Positions 13,212 to 27,495 of a stretch of DNA of 42,361 nucleotides are shown one piece after another; within the stretch, counting starts at the first letter, position 1, and each line of letters begins with the position of its first letter. The stretch spans positions 1 through 42,361 of the forward strand of contig NW_021835144.1 of NCBI RefSeq assembly GCF_006345805.1. The letters are read 5' to 3'. The notes beneath the pieces are model-generated. The model ran no database searches. It saw only the letters and a list, made by a program, of their open reading frames with translations, and was not told where the DNA came from. This DNA comes from Octopus sinensis. Lineage: Eukaryota. Both the position numbers and the translations under genes were made by a program.

Positions 13212-15548
13212 CTATATACATATATACATTTTTTTTATTCTCTTACTATTTTACATGTTCAGTCATTTGACTGGCGCCCTGCTGGAGCAACACACACACA
13301 CACGCTCTATATATATTATATATATATATATATATAATATATATATATATATATTATATATATATATATTATTGTATATATATAGTAATGTTTGTGTAAA
13401 AGTATGTATGTATGAGAGTAAGATGTGAGTATAAGATGGGTTGGTCATGGCGGGAATGCGTCTGATTATACGTCAAACTGCTGACTCAGGATCGCCCGTA
13501 TACTAAAGAACAACAACAACAATATGTAGAAACGCCGACGAAGACAGCAACAACATCATCAGCAATACTAATCACTTCCACGTGTTTGTTCGACCAGCTA
13601 GAAATAACAGTCAAAATATCCTTCAAAGTAGCCCCTACTGTCTCAAAGAGAACGAAAGATAACTCATGGGTCAATGTAGGCTAAAGCTATTGTTTGAAAA
13701 GAAAAACAGTCGGGGTGGTCGTGTTTGGAACGGATGTGTTGGTAGCCGACGTTGGGTTAGTCAACAACAATCACAAGTCACAAGAAAGAAGGTAACTTGA
13801 GAATATCACGTAAGAAATACCAGTTCGGGAAATGGACGGAGACTATTTTATTGGATGCTAGAAATAGCAGCAAAATGCCCTCACCAATCCTATCCACCCT
13901 GCGTCTACCGTCTGCAGAAAGAAAGAACACATTAGACTAGTGGTCCTTATCCAAGGCTTATATGGTCCTAAAGGATCCATATAAGATTTTATTGTTAAAA
14001 ATTCATCTGTAATAAATTGGTTATATTTCAACGATAGACAAAATATTTTGATAATTACTTTTAATACATTTCTTAATAATGTTTGATTCTTAAAATATAA
14101 TAATGGGATTTCTTTAGACATCAAATGGCTATGAGGGTGCATCCGGGTAAAATAGTAATGAAAGGGGACCATAAGCAAAAACTGGCTGAGAGACGATGCT
14201 TCAGACAGAAAACGTAATACACACACACATACATACATACATACATACATACATACACACACCACATACATACATACATACATACACACACCACATACAT
14301 ATACATACACAGATACATACATACACGCTCCACAAACACATACACACACATACATACAAACATACATACATACATAAACACACATACATACAACAACATA
14401 CATACATACATACATTCATGCATACATACATACTTACATACATACATATATACATACACCACACGCACGTACACACACACACACACACCAATAAACACAC
14501 ACATACATACACACACCACACACACATACACACACATACACACACACACACATACCACACACACACACACACACACGCACGCACACACACAGAAGGGATG
14601 GTCGCGGCTGAAATGTCTTTGACCATAAGACAGCTCATTCAGGACCGACCTGGTGCTAAACTAACAATAGCAATATCATTACCAATGCAAATTTAAACGA
14701 GACAATTCATCCAAGTAAAAGCTACCCGCTCTTTCTTCTTCATTTTCACGACAGACAGACAGACAGACAGAAAGACAAACAGAGAGACAGACAGACAGAC
14801 AGACGGACGGACGGACGGACGGACGGATTGACGGACGGACGGACGGACAGACGGACAGAAGACAGACTGAAGGATAAACCAAGATGGCTTCTCACTTAAC
14901 ATTTACGATGACAGACGACCGTTGACAAATGCTTTGGATAACTCCAACTTCCAGATTCCATAAGAAGAACTGGAGAAAAATTACCGAATTCTATAAATGG
15001 AATCACTTGAAGTTGAAATGAAATTTGTATTCCCTCGCAAAACTTCGGTACAGATCTCTCTCAGAGATTTTTTTTTTCCTGCAAATAGATGTACGCGTGT
15101 TGTTTTTACTTTTTAATGAAATCTAAAAATACAAACTTAAACAGAGAATAGCTTACATAAATATATCTATGAGTTGGGCTGTACATAAATATACATTAAG
15201 ACTTAAACTTAATAAACAACGCACACATACATACATCACACAAACACACGTACATACACTACACACATACACACACACGCGCGCGCACAGAGTTACCTGT
15301 TTACCTTTAGTTTCCTCTGTCTACTTCTCTCTTTCTCTTTCTCGCTGTATATATAGCGAGGGGGAAGCGAGAGACAAATAGATAGATATGTATTAAATTT
15401 ACAACTCCATCAATATACACATCTATAAATAAAAGCGCCACATATACATACACACAAGGCACAACCACACACAGTTTCCTTTCCTGTATGGAAGCCATTG
15501 TTGTGAGGTTTCACTGAAGAGTGGAAGAGAAAGAGATAAGAGCGTGCG

Positions 15549-15592
<44 letters not shown>

Positions 15593-15759
15593 AAGAAAGA
15601 ATTAAAGAAAATAGAAAGAAGCTCTGTGAAAGACAGACAGACAGACAAACAGACGGGCAGACATATTTTGAGTGGTAGACTGACAGACAGACAGAAAGCT
15701 AGTAAGACTTGAAGACCTGTGTGAAACAGAATAGCCGACTGATTGGCTGTCGGAGTTAA

Positions 15760-16945
<1,186 letters not shown>

Positions 16946-17149
16946 TAATCAAAATAAGCAACAAGTCTATCCAAGGTAGAGTAGTACAATTGTTTCATGC
17001 CACTTCATTTTATTAAACACTATAAGTATTACATCAATTTTAAAATGCCGAGCAATCTTCAGCCACTTATAGAATTTTCCAATCAAAAGGACAATGCACA
17101 TTCTTATCCCTATTTCATTTGCCAACGTTATAAAGAGGGTAGATATATC

Positions 17150-17475
17150 ATGGCACCTTGGGCAAGTGCCTTCTACTATACCCTCGGGCCGACCAAAGCC
17201 TTGTGAGTGGATTTGGTAGACAGAAATTGAAAGAAGCCCGTCGTATATATATATATATATGTATATATATATGTGTGTGTGTTTGTGTGTCTGTAGTTGT
17301 CCCCCCAACATCGCTTGACAACCGATGCTGGTGTGTTTACGTCCCCGTAACTTAGCGGTTCGGCAAAAGAGACCATTAGAATAAGTACTAGGCTTACAAA
17401 GAATAAGTCCTGGGGTCGATTTACTCGACTAAAGGCGGTGCTCCAGCATGGCCGCAGTCAAATGACTGAAACAAG

Positions 17476-17478
<3 letters not shown>
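17150..17478 (+). mobile_element. SINE family B, 5'-truncated
   Basis: tggcaccttgggcaagtg..aatgactgaaacaagtaa. Confidence 0.85.
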
Positions 17479-17510
<32 letters not shown>

Positions 17511-17788
17511 GATTGTACGTGTTAGACAAGTGATTTGATCTGAGGCTGTGTTGGGACTAAACCAGTTACTGAACGTAAGACACAAAAGTTAAAACTATTA
17601 AAATTATCGAGAGTCAACAGAAAAGGTTGCAAGAAGCAACGAACATTTTAGAAAAATAAATAAGCAAATGAGGGAAAATTTCACCGGTGCGTGTGTTAAA
17701 TTATAAGACACTAAAAGAGAATGACTCTCCCCAAACACAACAGAATATTAACGTTAGTTAACTATTTATTATTCAGAGACGTCAAAAA

Positions 17789-18010
17789 GTGGTGGAGTGG
17801 TTGAGTGGTTGGCACGCCAGACAAAATGTTTACCGGCGTTTCTTCTGAGTTTAAAGTTCGGAGTTCAGATTACGCCGATGTCGAATTTGGCTTACATCTT
17901 TTCGGGATCGGAAAATAAGTACCAGTCGAGTACTGGACGGATTTCGATGAAATCGACTGAATCCCCCTTACCCCAAAATTTCAGGTCTTCTGCTTTCATA
18001 TAAGAAAAAG
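17789..18010 (+). mobile_element. Degenerate SINE family A
   Basis: ggagttcagattacgccgatgtcga..catcttttcgggatcggaaaataagtaccag aligns to the family A core. Confidence 0.7.
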
Positions 18011-18128
18011 GATTACGTAAACGTTAATACCTTTGTGTTTTTGAATGACTTAAAAGTTCTTTCCACTTTGCAATTCATACACACACACATGTACACACAT
18101 ACATACATACATATAAATATATTATATA

Positions 18129-18174
<46 letters not shown>

Positions 18175-18288
18175 TATATATATATAAAGTTAATCCAAAC
18201 ATGAAAACACAAAGAGAAGATACAACAACGCGAGGACGTGGAACAAATATAGTATTATTGGACGCTCAGGAAGGAAGAGAAGAGGAGG

Positions 18289-18323
18289 GTTTTATGTTTC
18301 GAGCGGAGTTCTTCGTCAGAAAC
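18289..18323 (-). ncRNA. Decayed minimal hammerhead motif (extra-A type)
   Basis: Reverse complement: GTTT-CTGACGA-A-GAAC tcc GCTC-GAA-ACAT-A-AAAC; one mismatch in stem II and stem III one change from palindromic ACGT. Confidence 0.6.
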
Positions 18324-18411
18324 ATAGGAAAAAGAAAGATCCTGAGAAGGGAAGACGGAGGAAAAAAAATCGCCAACGTTACACACGCAGTCACATACAT
18401 ACATACATACA

Positions 18412-18477
<66 letters not shown>

Positions 18478-18484
18478 GATGACC

Positions 18485-18850
18485 GATAAATTTACAGACC
18501 TTTCACCACAAAATCAAAATGACATAGGTCATAGCCCCAAATAATTTGTCATTTGTATGAACATTTGTTGAGCACTTTGGTGGAAAAAATACCCTCTCTA
18601 AGACCAGTTGTGGCGTACCTTATGGAGTACGAATGACTTCCGATGTCCGAGTTCAGTCCATTCGTTCCTCTATTCGAAGCAGAAGATTCAGTCCTTTGCT
18701 GTTGTGATTTCCACCCTTTTTTCTTTCCTGTTGTTGTTTTCTTTCGTCTTTCACTGTGGTTTATTTTATAAGGTCTGGAGGGCATTGTTGGAGAGTTAAA
18801 GGGAAATGTGAAACTTAGAGTTGTGAGATTGTGGAACCTCAAATAAGAAT
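18485..18850 (-). pseudogene. Possible LINE ORF1 N-terminal remnant
   Basis: Complex sequence with a 97-aa basic ORF (18549-18842); only weak resemblance to LINE ORF1, no diagnostic motif. Confidence 0.25.
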
Positions 18851-18887
18851 TTTTAAAAATGAATGAATGAATTCAGCTTGAACTTAG

Positions 18888-19236
18888 ATCCTCTCTCTTG
18901 TTTTGTATATATAAATATATTCGACGCGCTTCTTTCAGTTTTCGTCTACCAAAGCCACTCACAAGGCATTGGTCGTTCCGAGGCTATAGTAGAAGACACT
19001 TGCCCAAGGTGACACGCAGTGGGTCTGAACCCAGAACCATGTGGTTGAGAAGCGAGCTTCTTACCACGCACCCACACCTGTATGTGGAGATGGTAAAAAA
19101 AAAGTCATGCCGACTCGCAAGGGCCGGCTTCCTCGTTACCATGGCGTATATATTCCGCACCTGAACGTATTTCTCTTTTGACTTTCACGTGTAAGAGTCC
19201 ACACACACCTACACACACACGCACGCATATGCATGT

Positions 19237-19268
<32 letters not shown>

Positions 19269-19656
19269 AGACGCAGGCGTGGCTGTGTAGCAAGAAGCGT
19301 GGCTGTGTGGTAAGATTGTGGTTTCGATTGCTGAACCAGTCGAGATGTTCTGTTCTTGAGAGAAACACTTGGTTTTACGTTGCTTCCGCCCACTCGGCTG
19401 GCAAAAATAAGTAGCCCTCGGTCAGGTGCCGAATATATACGCCATGGTAACCGGGAAGCCGGCCCTTGCGAGTGACTTTTTTTACCATCTCCACATACAG
19501 GTGTGGCTGCGTGGTAAGAAGCTCGCTTCCCAACAACATGGTTCCGAGTTCAGTCCCACACTGCGTGTCACCTTTAGCAAGTGTCTTCTACTATAGCCTC
19601 GGAACGACCAATGCCTTGTGAGTGGCTTTGGTAGACGGAAACTGAAGAAGCCCGTC

Positions 19657-19699
<43 letters not shown>

Positions 19700-19738
19700 A
19701 TATATAATATATACATATATACAAAACAAAGAGAGGAT
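18888..19738. repeat. Inverted duplication, arms 18888-19164 and 19422-19738
   Basis: Arms are reverse complements across a SINE B head, a second repeat fragment and outer flank (atcctctctcttgttttgtatat / atatacaaaacaaagagaggat). Confidence 0.9.
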
Positions 19739-19802
19739 GGAGACAAGATAAATAAAAGTTTATTATCATTGACAAGACCAGACTGTTTCAATTGTACCTT
19801 GA

Positions 19803-19835
<33 letters not shown>

Positions 19836-20118
19836 AGTGTGAATGTGTGTGTGTGTGTGTGTTGTGTGTGTCTGTTTGTCTGCTTGTCTGTTTGTCTGCC
19901 TGTCTGTCTGTCTGTGTGTCTGTATTTGTTATCCCCATCACTGCTTGACAACTGGTGCTAGTGTGCTTACGTCCCTGTAACTTAGCGGATAGGATAGGCA
20001 AAAGAGGCCGACAGAATAAGTACTTGGGTGAGGTCGATTTGCTCGACTAAAATCTTTCAAGGCGGTGCTCCAACATGGCCGCAGTCAGATGACTGAAACA
20101 AACAAAAGAACAAAAGAA
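19498..20118 (+). mobile_element. SINE family B-derived composite (head 19498-19660, tail ~19915-20118)
   Basis: Head and tail align to family B; the head is the right arm of the inverted duplication with 18888-19164. Confidence 0.75.
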
Positions 20119-20344
20119 TTCCGAGCGGGTCCTACTATAAGCGCGTGACCCACCTCTTCAAAAAAAATGAGGGCCCCAAACTACAAAATGTGCCTCAAGG
20201 CAACATTTTGCTCGCTGTAGAAGCTGCTTAGATTGTTTTCTGTCCAATACCGAACATTTTCCTTATTGACGAATGCAGACAGATGGCAGTGTATATATTT
20301 TTCTTTCTTTCTTCTTTTTCTTTCTTTCTTTCTTTTTTTTTTTG

Positions 20345-20520
20345 CTGTGAGGAGAACAGCATTGGCGGAAAGATTGTGAATGATATCCTCACAGTATACC
20401 ATGTGGTATTCCTGAACCACCGTCATTCTGCGTCGATGGAACTTGAGATCGCTGTATAAAATTTTCCTGGGGGTTTGATCTGACAATCCTAAACCATAAC
20501 TATATTTCTGGGTTGTACGT
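20345..20520 (-). pseudogene. Possible RTE-like LINE 3' remnant
   Basis: LSDQTPRKILYSDLKFHRRR resembles the RTE C-terminal motif MxxxRxPKxLLYGEL. Confidence 0.35.
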
Positions 20521-20720
20521 ATAACCCTTTAGAATTTAAACTGGACATATCCGGACCAAATGTTCTACCTGTCTTATGTTCAGAGCAACCAGATCTGGCC
20601 TCTCACACCCCGACCCTTAACTGTCATTCTAAAAATAAAACAATCCCATTGTCGAAATTTCGAAGCTGTGGTATTAATGCATGATTAATTGAAAACAATG
20701 AGAATAAATTATGAATATTA

Positions 20721-20885
20721 GGCGCAGGAGTGGCTGTGTGATAAGAGGCTTGCTTACCAGTCACATGGTTCCGAGTTCGGTCCCACTGCGTGGCACCTTG
20801 AGCAGGTGTCTTCTATTATAACCTCGGGCCGACCAAAGCCTTGTGAGATGATTTGGTAGGCGGAAACTGAAAGAAGCCGATCGTA
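20721..20885 (+). mobile_element. SINE family B 5' half
   Basis: ggcgcaggagtggctgtgtg..gaaactgaaagaagccgatcg. Confidence 0.8.
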
Positions 20886-20966
20886 TATATATATGTGTGT
20901 GTGTGTGTGTCTGTGTGTGCGTGTGTGTGTGTGGAGGTGCAAGTGTGTGTGTGTGTGTGTATATGT

Positions 20967-21346
20967 GGAGGCGCAATGGTCCAGTGGTTAGGGCAGCGGA
21001 CTCGCGGTCGTAGGATCAGGGTTTCGATTCCCAGACCGGGCACTGTGAGTGTTTATTGAGCGAAAACACTCAAAGTTCCACGAGGCTCTAGCAAGGGATG
21101 GTGGCGAACCCTGCTGTACTCTTTCACCACAACTTTCTCTCACTCTTTCTTTCTGTTTCTGTTGTACCTGTATTTCAAAGAGGCCAGCTCTGTCACACTC
21201 TATGTCACGCTGAATCTACCCGAGAACTACGTTAAGGGTACACGTGTCTATGGAGTACTCAGCCACTTGCACGTTAATTTCACGAGCAGGCTGTTTCGTT
21301 GATCGGATCAGCTGGAGCACTCTTCGTCGCTACCGACGGAATTCCA
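20967..21346 (+). mobile_element. tRNA-derived SINE family C, full length
   Basis: A box TGGTCCAGTGG, B box GGTTTCGATTCCC; collinear with 28743-29122. Confidence 0.88.
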
Positions 21347-21499
21347 GTTTATGTCTTCCATTTTATACTCTTCTTAGAATGAATGTGTATGTGTGTGTGT
21401 GTGTGCGTTTGTGTATATAGGTGACAGTGTGTCTGTGTCCTCGCAAGTGTAGTTATGAGTAATTGTATATTTATATGTGTTTGTGTATGTATGTGTATT

Positions 21500-21657
21500 T
21501 CGACGAACTTCTTTCAGTTTCCGTTTACCAAATCCACTCACAAGGCTTTGGTAGACTCGAGGCTATTTTAGAAGGCATTAGCTCAAGTTGCCACGCAGTG
21601 GGACTGAACCCGGAACCTGGGAAACAAACTTTTTACTACACAGCCACACCCGAGCCT
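21500..21657 (-). mobile_element. SINE family B 5' half, degenerate
   Basis: cttctttcagtttccg..ccacgcagtgggactgaacccggaacc..cacagccac. Confidence 0.75.
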
Positions 21658-21952
21658 ATTATTCTGAAATCTTGAAACATAGTTACCACCTCTAGGAGTC
21701 ACTCAAAGAACAACCATTTGTGTTAAAAGGAATTCTATTTTTAAAAGAAAAAAATAGATATAATGATAGAAACCCTGGGAAATACCATCGACGGTTTAGA
21801 ACTCGCTATCTGCGAGTCAGTAACGTGATGTGTTACCCAATAGTTCAGTTCCTCTCAAATACATGCTCTAATGGCGTTGCCTCATTGCTAAATGAATCCT
21901 AGGAGTATGTTCAGATATGATTAGTGTTGTATGTGGTATTATTTCTAATATA

Positions 21953-22375
21953 TATTTCTTTATTGCCCACAGAGGGCTAAACATAGAGGAGTCAAACAAG
22001 GACAGACAAAAGGATTAAGTCGATTACATCGGCCCCAGTGCGTAACCGGTACTTTTTAATCGACCCCCGAGCGTAACTGGTACTTATTTAATCGACCCTT
22101 TCAATGTCGATTAAATAAGTACCAGTTACGCACTGGGGTCGATATAATCGACTTAATCCGTCTGTCTGTCCTTGTTTGTCCCCTCTGTGTTTAGCTCTTT
22201 GTAGGTAGTAAAGAAATAGGTATTTCGTCTGCCGTTACGTTCTGAGTTCAAATTCCGCCGAGGTCGACTTTGCCTTTCATCCTCTCGGGGTGGATGAAAT
22301 AAGTACCAGTGAAGCACTAGGGTCGATATAATCGACTAGCCCCACCCCACAATTTCAGGCCTTGTGCCTATAATA
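21953..22375. mobile_element. SINE family A fold-back pair plus a further body unit
   Basis: 21953-22096 (-) pairs with 22106-22218 (+) around a 9-nt loop, then the tail joins ggtatttcgtctgccg. Confidence 0.85.
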
Positions 22376-22493
22376 CATAAGATTATTAAACTAGTGTTTG
22401 GAACATACATTAATATAAACTTTTCATTAAGTTTTCATTAAGATCCTTTAAGACATGAAGTTTATATCTTAGCACCAGTTGGGTGGTTATGTG

Positions 22494-22589
22494 GAAAAAA
22501 TTGACTCCGAGAAAAATTGATGCCGAAAAAAATTAATGCCGTAAAAAATTGATGCCGAAATATTTAATACCGAAAAAGTTTGTGTCGAA
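22494..22589 (+). repeat. Short tandem array, ~6 degenerate units of AAAAAATTGATGCCG
   Basis: Direct reading; 15-16 bp period. Confidence 0.75.
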
Positions 22590-22855
22590 ATGACAAATAT
22601 GGTGAAAAAAATCTAGAAGGTAAATAAAATGATTGGGACATTTCTTTTAGAGTATACTTCCCCTCATTCGATTATTTTTGAAAATAACGAAGAATTTCGT
22701 AAAACACCTTTGTGAGCTAGTGTCAAGGCAGCGAGTCGGCAGAAAATATCCTGGAATTGATTTATTCGACTAAAAGGCGGTGCCCCAGCATGGCCGCAGT
22801 CAAATGACTAAAATAATTAAAACAGTAAAAGAGTATGTATATATGTTATATATGT

Positions 22856-22940
<85 letters not shown>

Positions 22941-23020
22941 GTATGTGTGTTCATGCATGTATGTTATATATGTATGTATATTATAAACTTACTTGGAAAT
23001 GGATGCGTGGCGTTCAATTA

Positions 23021-23088
<68 letters not shown>

Positions 23089-23098
23089 CAACAACAAT

Positions 23099-23130
<32 letters not shown>

Positions 23131-23193
23131 TACGGAGATATACTTGCATAACAAGTGACCTGATCTGAGACTGTGTGCTGAAACGAAACCAAA

Positions 23194-23389
23194 TGCAGCG
23201 TGGAAAGTGTTTATAAGCCATTTAAAAACACACAAAAACCGTTAGATTCGCTTCAACGTTTAAATTTAATTTGCCAAAATATTTTCGTCGCTGTAAGAAA
23301 ATATTTGGGCAAATTAAATTTAAATGTTGAAGGGAATCTAACGGATTTTGTGTGTTTTTAAATGGCTTGTAAACACCTTCCATGCTGCA
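23194..23389. repeat. Fold-back palindrome, 93-bp arms, 10-nt loop
   Basis: tgcagcgtggaa..ccaaaatattttc | gtcgctgtaa | gaaaatatttggg..ttccatgctgca. Confidence 0.92.
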
Positions 23390-23585
23390 ATTGTATACCA
23401 GCCCTCTTCCACACGCACATACATGCTCTCTTATACACGCGCACCTTCGTTTTGGGATCACTACTACTTTTTTATCTTCCCTTCTTCCTAGCTCTCCTGT
23501 GTGACCCCTCTGTCCGGCATTCGCCATGATAGATCGCTAGCTACTACACATTCCTTATTTTCTCTCCTTGTTTCTTTCCGTGTTC

Positions 23586-23621
23586 CTTTCTGTGGAAGAG
23601 CGTAGGCTCGAAACGTTAAAG
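23586..23621 (+). ncRNA. Atypical minimal hammerhead-like motif (A6 replaced by U, extra A)
   Basis: CTTT-CTGTGGA-A-GAGC gtag GCTC-GAA-ACGT-T-AAAG; all stems perfect, core non-canonical. Confidence 0.55.
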
Positions 23622-25056
23622 ACTTTTTCACTTCCCGAACGTTAAAAACTAATACATCTATTTGCTGTCTACACCACCTGTCTTCGTCCGGCGAAATGTA
23701 AGTCATTCTATATAGAATGTAATTCATTCTATATAAGAAATGAAACCTCGAGCTTTAAACCACTTTGATGAGGGCCATGCATGAAACTCTCACCCCTTAA
23801 GCTACATTTGTAACTGCCTGCTGATTAAGAAAACAAAAGTTATACATACATATATATGCAAACACATACACACACAACCGTGTGTATATATATACATAGT
23901 ATAATTTGTTTATATATATGTGTGTGTGTGTGTGTGGTGTGTATAAATGTGTGTGGGAGTGTGTTTTATGTATGTAATAGATATATACATACGCATAAAA
24001 GGTATAAAAGTATATATTGTATGTTGTTATTACTTTCGTTTTTGTTGTTGTTGTTGTTTGTTTATTGTTGTTATCTATCTCACATTTTTCTCTATCATCC
24101 AATCATTTACTCTCTCACCATCGGCAAAACATTCGTTAGATAAAAAAACAACAACAGCAACAACAACAACAACGTCAATAATCTCAATAACAATATTAAC
24201 AGCAACAACAACATCAGCAGCAGCAGTAACAGATGCAATTACATTAGTAACAATGATAAGTGCAACTACAACTCTAGCAGCACCAATACCACCACCGCTT
24301 ACTACTAACAACGGCATCATCAGTGATAAGAGCAATAGTAATAACATAATCAACAAAAGCAACAACAACAGCTACACCATCAGTAAACAAACAACGTTAA
24401 TAACAGCACCGCCACCATCACATCAACGAGTACAACAACAGGAGAACCACCACTACTATCCCCACCACCAATAATAACAACAGTAGCAACATCATCATCA
24501 ACAAATGCGGCAGCCAGTTATTAGCAACAATTAGATTTTTACCAAGTTTTAAATGACTGAGCGAAGAAGAAAACTAAATTTGTTTTCTTCACATTTCTAA
24601 ACAGTCTAAAGTTATTTTCTTTTAACTCTCTTCTTTCCTTCCTAACTCTCATTCTCTACTTCCTTCTTCTCTTTTATTCCTTCCTTCTTTCTTTCTCTCC
24701 ACTAAAGATATTAAGAAAAATATTTTCTCTTTCCAGTTTATTATTTATTTTTCAAAACCAAAAAATTCTTCGTTCGTTTTACGTCTTTTTTTCCGTTTTT
24801 TTTCCTTCTTAATTTTCTTTTAATTTTCTTTTAATGGCTAACACAGAGAAGGAAGGGTAGCACCCGTGATAACACCCCTCACCTAATCTTCACTTTTTCT
24901 TCTTTCTTTCTTTTTTTACTTCGCTTTGCTTTTCCAATTACATTTTCTCATTGGCCGAGAGAATACAAAGGAAGTCAGTATTAACACATATCTCTACTGT
25001 ATTGAGAATTTAACAGCTAACTAAAAACAAAACTGCAGAGAGGAGAATAAAAACAA

Positions 25057-25120
<64 letters not shown>

Positions 25121-25126
25121 TAATAA

Positions 25127-25504
25127 TCTCTTTTACTCTTTTCTCTTTTACTTGTTTCAGTCATTTGACTGTGGCCATGCAACGCCTTTAGTCGATCGAG
25201 CAAATCGACCCCAGGACTTATTCTTTGTAAGCCTAGTACTTATTCTATCGGTCTCTTTTGCCGAACCGCTAAGTTACGGGGACGTAAACACACCAACATC
25301 AGTTGTCAAGCGATGTTGGGGGACAAACACAGACACACAAACATATATATATATACATATATACGACACCAAATCCACTCACAAAGCTTTGGTTGACCCA
25401 AGGCTATAGTAGAAAACACTTGCTCGAGGTGCCACGCAGTGGGACTGAACACGGAGCCATGTGGTTGGTAAGCAAGCTACTTACCACACATCCACTCCTG
25501 CGCC

Positions 25505-25505
<1 letters not shown>
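25127..25505 (-). mobile_element. SINE family B in (TAA)n
   Basis: Near full-length reverse copy ending ccactcctgcgcc. Confidence 0.85.
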
Positions 25506-25543
<38 letters not shown>

Positions 25544-25758
25544 TAATAATAATAATAATAATAATAACCAAAATAATGATGATGATGATTTGTTATTACT
25601 CAATGCCTCCTGTTATTTTCATTTCGTTGGTAAACACAGCAGAAGGCGGAACTGTTTAGCTCTTGTTTCTGTTTGACCTCATCAACGAAGCATACCAAAG
25701 CTTTCACTACCGTCCTTGCCGAGCGAGCGAGCGAGCGATGAATAAACATATACAAATA

Positions 25759-25800
<42 letters not shown>

Positions 25801-25973
25801 TTATATATATATATCGCTAAGTAAATAAATATACAAGATTTGTACGTAGGAAAATAGAATTCTTCAGAGATTAGATAATTCCCGCTTCTGCATTGAAAAT
25901 AATAGATAAGTTAGTGCTAACAGATTTAATTCATGAAGCATTAAAACAAGATTGCTGTAGATATGTGTGTGTA

Positions 25974-26060
<87 letters not shown>

Positions 26061-26613
26061 ATATATCTATCTATGCGCAGTGAGAGAAAAAAAAAGGAAC
26101 CATTTTAGAAAGACGACATGATATAATCCTCTAACAAATGTATGATTCAATTTTCCCGGTAAGTACACGAGCAAAAAAGCACTCGGTAGATATACAAGAT
26201 TAAAACAGGTATTGAAGTCTTGGAATTCTTAGAAATCTTTCGGGATTGAATAAATCAAAGACAGTACTAGCATCAGATAATACGGCTTCTCCTGCATTAA
26301 TGATTTCTCTCTTCTTTTTTTTTTCCTTATTTTTTATTTCTTTTAGATTTCTGTAATGGTTCCTCGTGATCACTGTTTCATCGTAGGAAACTATTAACAC
26401 TTGAAGCTAACAGGGACAACGTTTATTAATGATTTTATGTTAATTAGACTGGCCATGAGGATGCATATATTTACTGCAGAAGGACGAAAGACGGGTTCAT
26501 CTATATTTCAAGCGATATCAAATTATTACTAGTATTACTGGTATTGTCAATTGCATCGAGTCCGAATGGATGGATACATACGTACATACATACATACATA
26601 CATACAACATACA

Positions 26614-26649
<36 letters not shown>

Positions 26650-26668
26650 TGTATATGTATATATGCAT

Positions 26669-26715
<47 letters not shown>

Positions 26716-26842
26716 AAATATATATATATAAATACAAAATGGGACAAGAACACAAAACATACAGAGAACGACACAAAAAACGGACGGGTCATTCGAAGCC
26801 TCTAATCTTCAGTCAAGAACCGGATCATCCTCGCAATTTCGG

Positions 26843-26876
<34 letters not shown>

Positions 26877-27108
26877 GTATATTTGTATGTATGTATGTAT
26901 ATATGTATGTATACATAAATATCGATCGAGGAGAATGATTGCTCAATACAGCATTGATGGATAATTTTTTTATGTTTGTGTATTTAGGCTTAAGGCTACC
27001 ATTGTTTTCATGCTAAGAAAAATATCTTAATATCTTAACAATTTTTCAAACCGATCACATGGAGGGATAGTGTTCGTCTCCATTTGCATGCATATATGTA
27101 TGTGTGTG

Positions 27109-27182
<74 letters not shown>

Positions 27183-27455
27183 CACATATACATACATATA
27201 CATATATATATGTATATGTATGTATGTATGTATGTATGTTTGTATGTATGTATGTATGTATATATATATATATGTATGTATATATATATATATTATATAT
27301 ATATATATGCAGGCACATTTACGTATACACTGACACATACATTTTAAATATGTATCTATATGAAAGCGTTTGTGTGTATGCGTGTGATTGTGCGTCTGTG
27401 GGTGGGTGCGTGCGTGTGAGTGGGTGGGTGGGTGCGTGCGTGTGGGGGGAGGGTG

Positions 27456-27495
<40 letters not shown>

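Noticed and set aside
15424-15431. TATA-like TATAAATA upstream of the first visible exon
   Set aside because: Common in AT-rich, TA-repeat DNA; no independent evidence for a start site.
20521-20720. Possible MITE end starting TAACCCTTT
   Set aside because: No matching inverted terminus found in the window, so it was not called.
23760-23795. TTGATGA..GAAAC motif
   Set aside because: No stem II or stem I pairing.
25650-25695. Hammerhead-like TTGATGA ggtc..gagc tAAAC on minus
   Set aside because: G12 is missing, stem II is mismatched and there is no stem I; at best a fossil.
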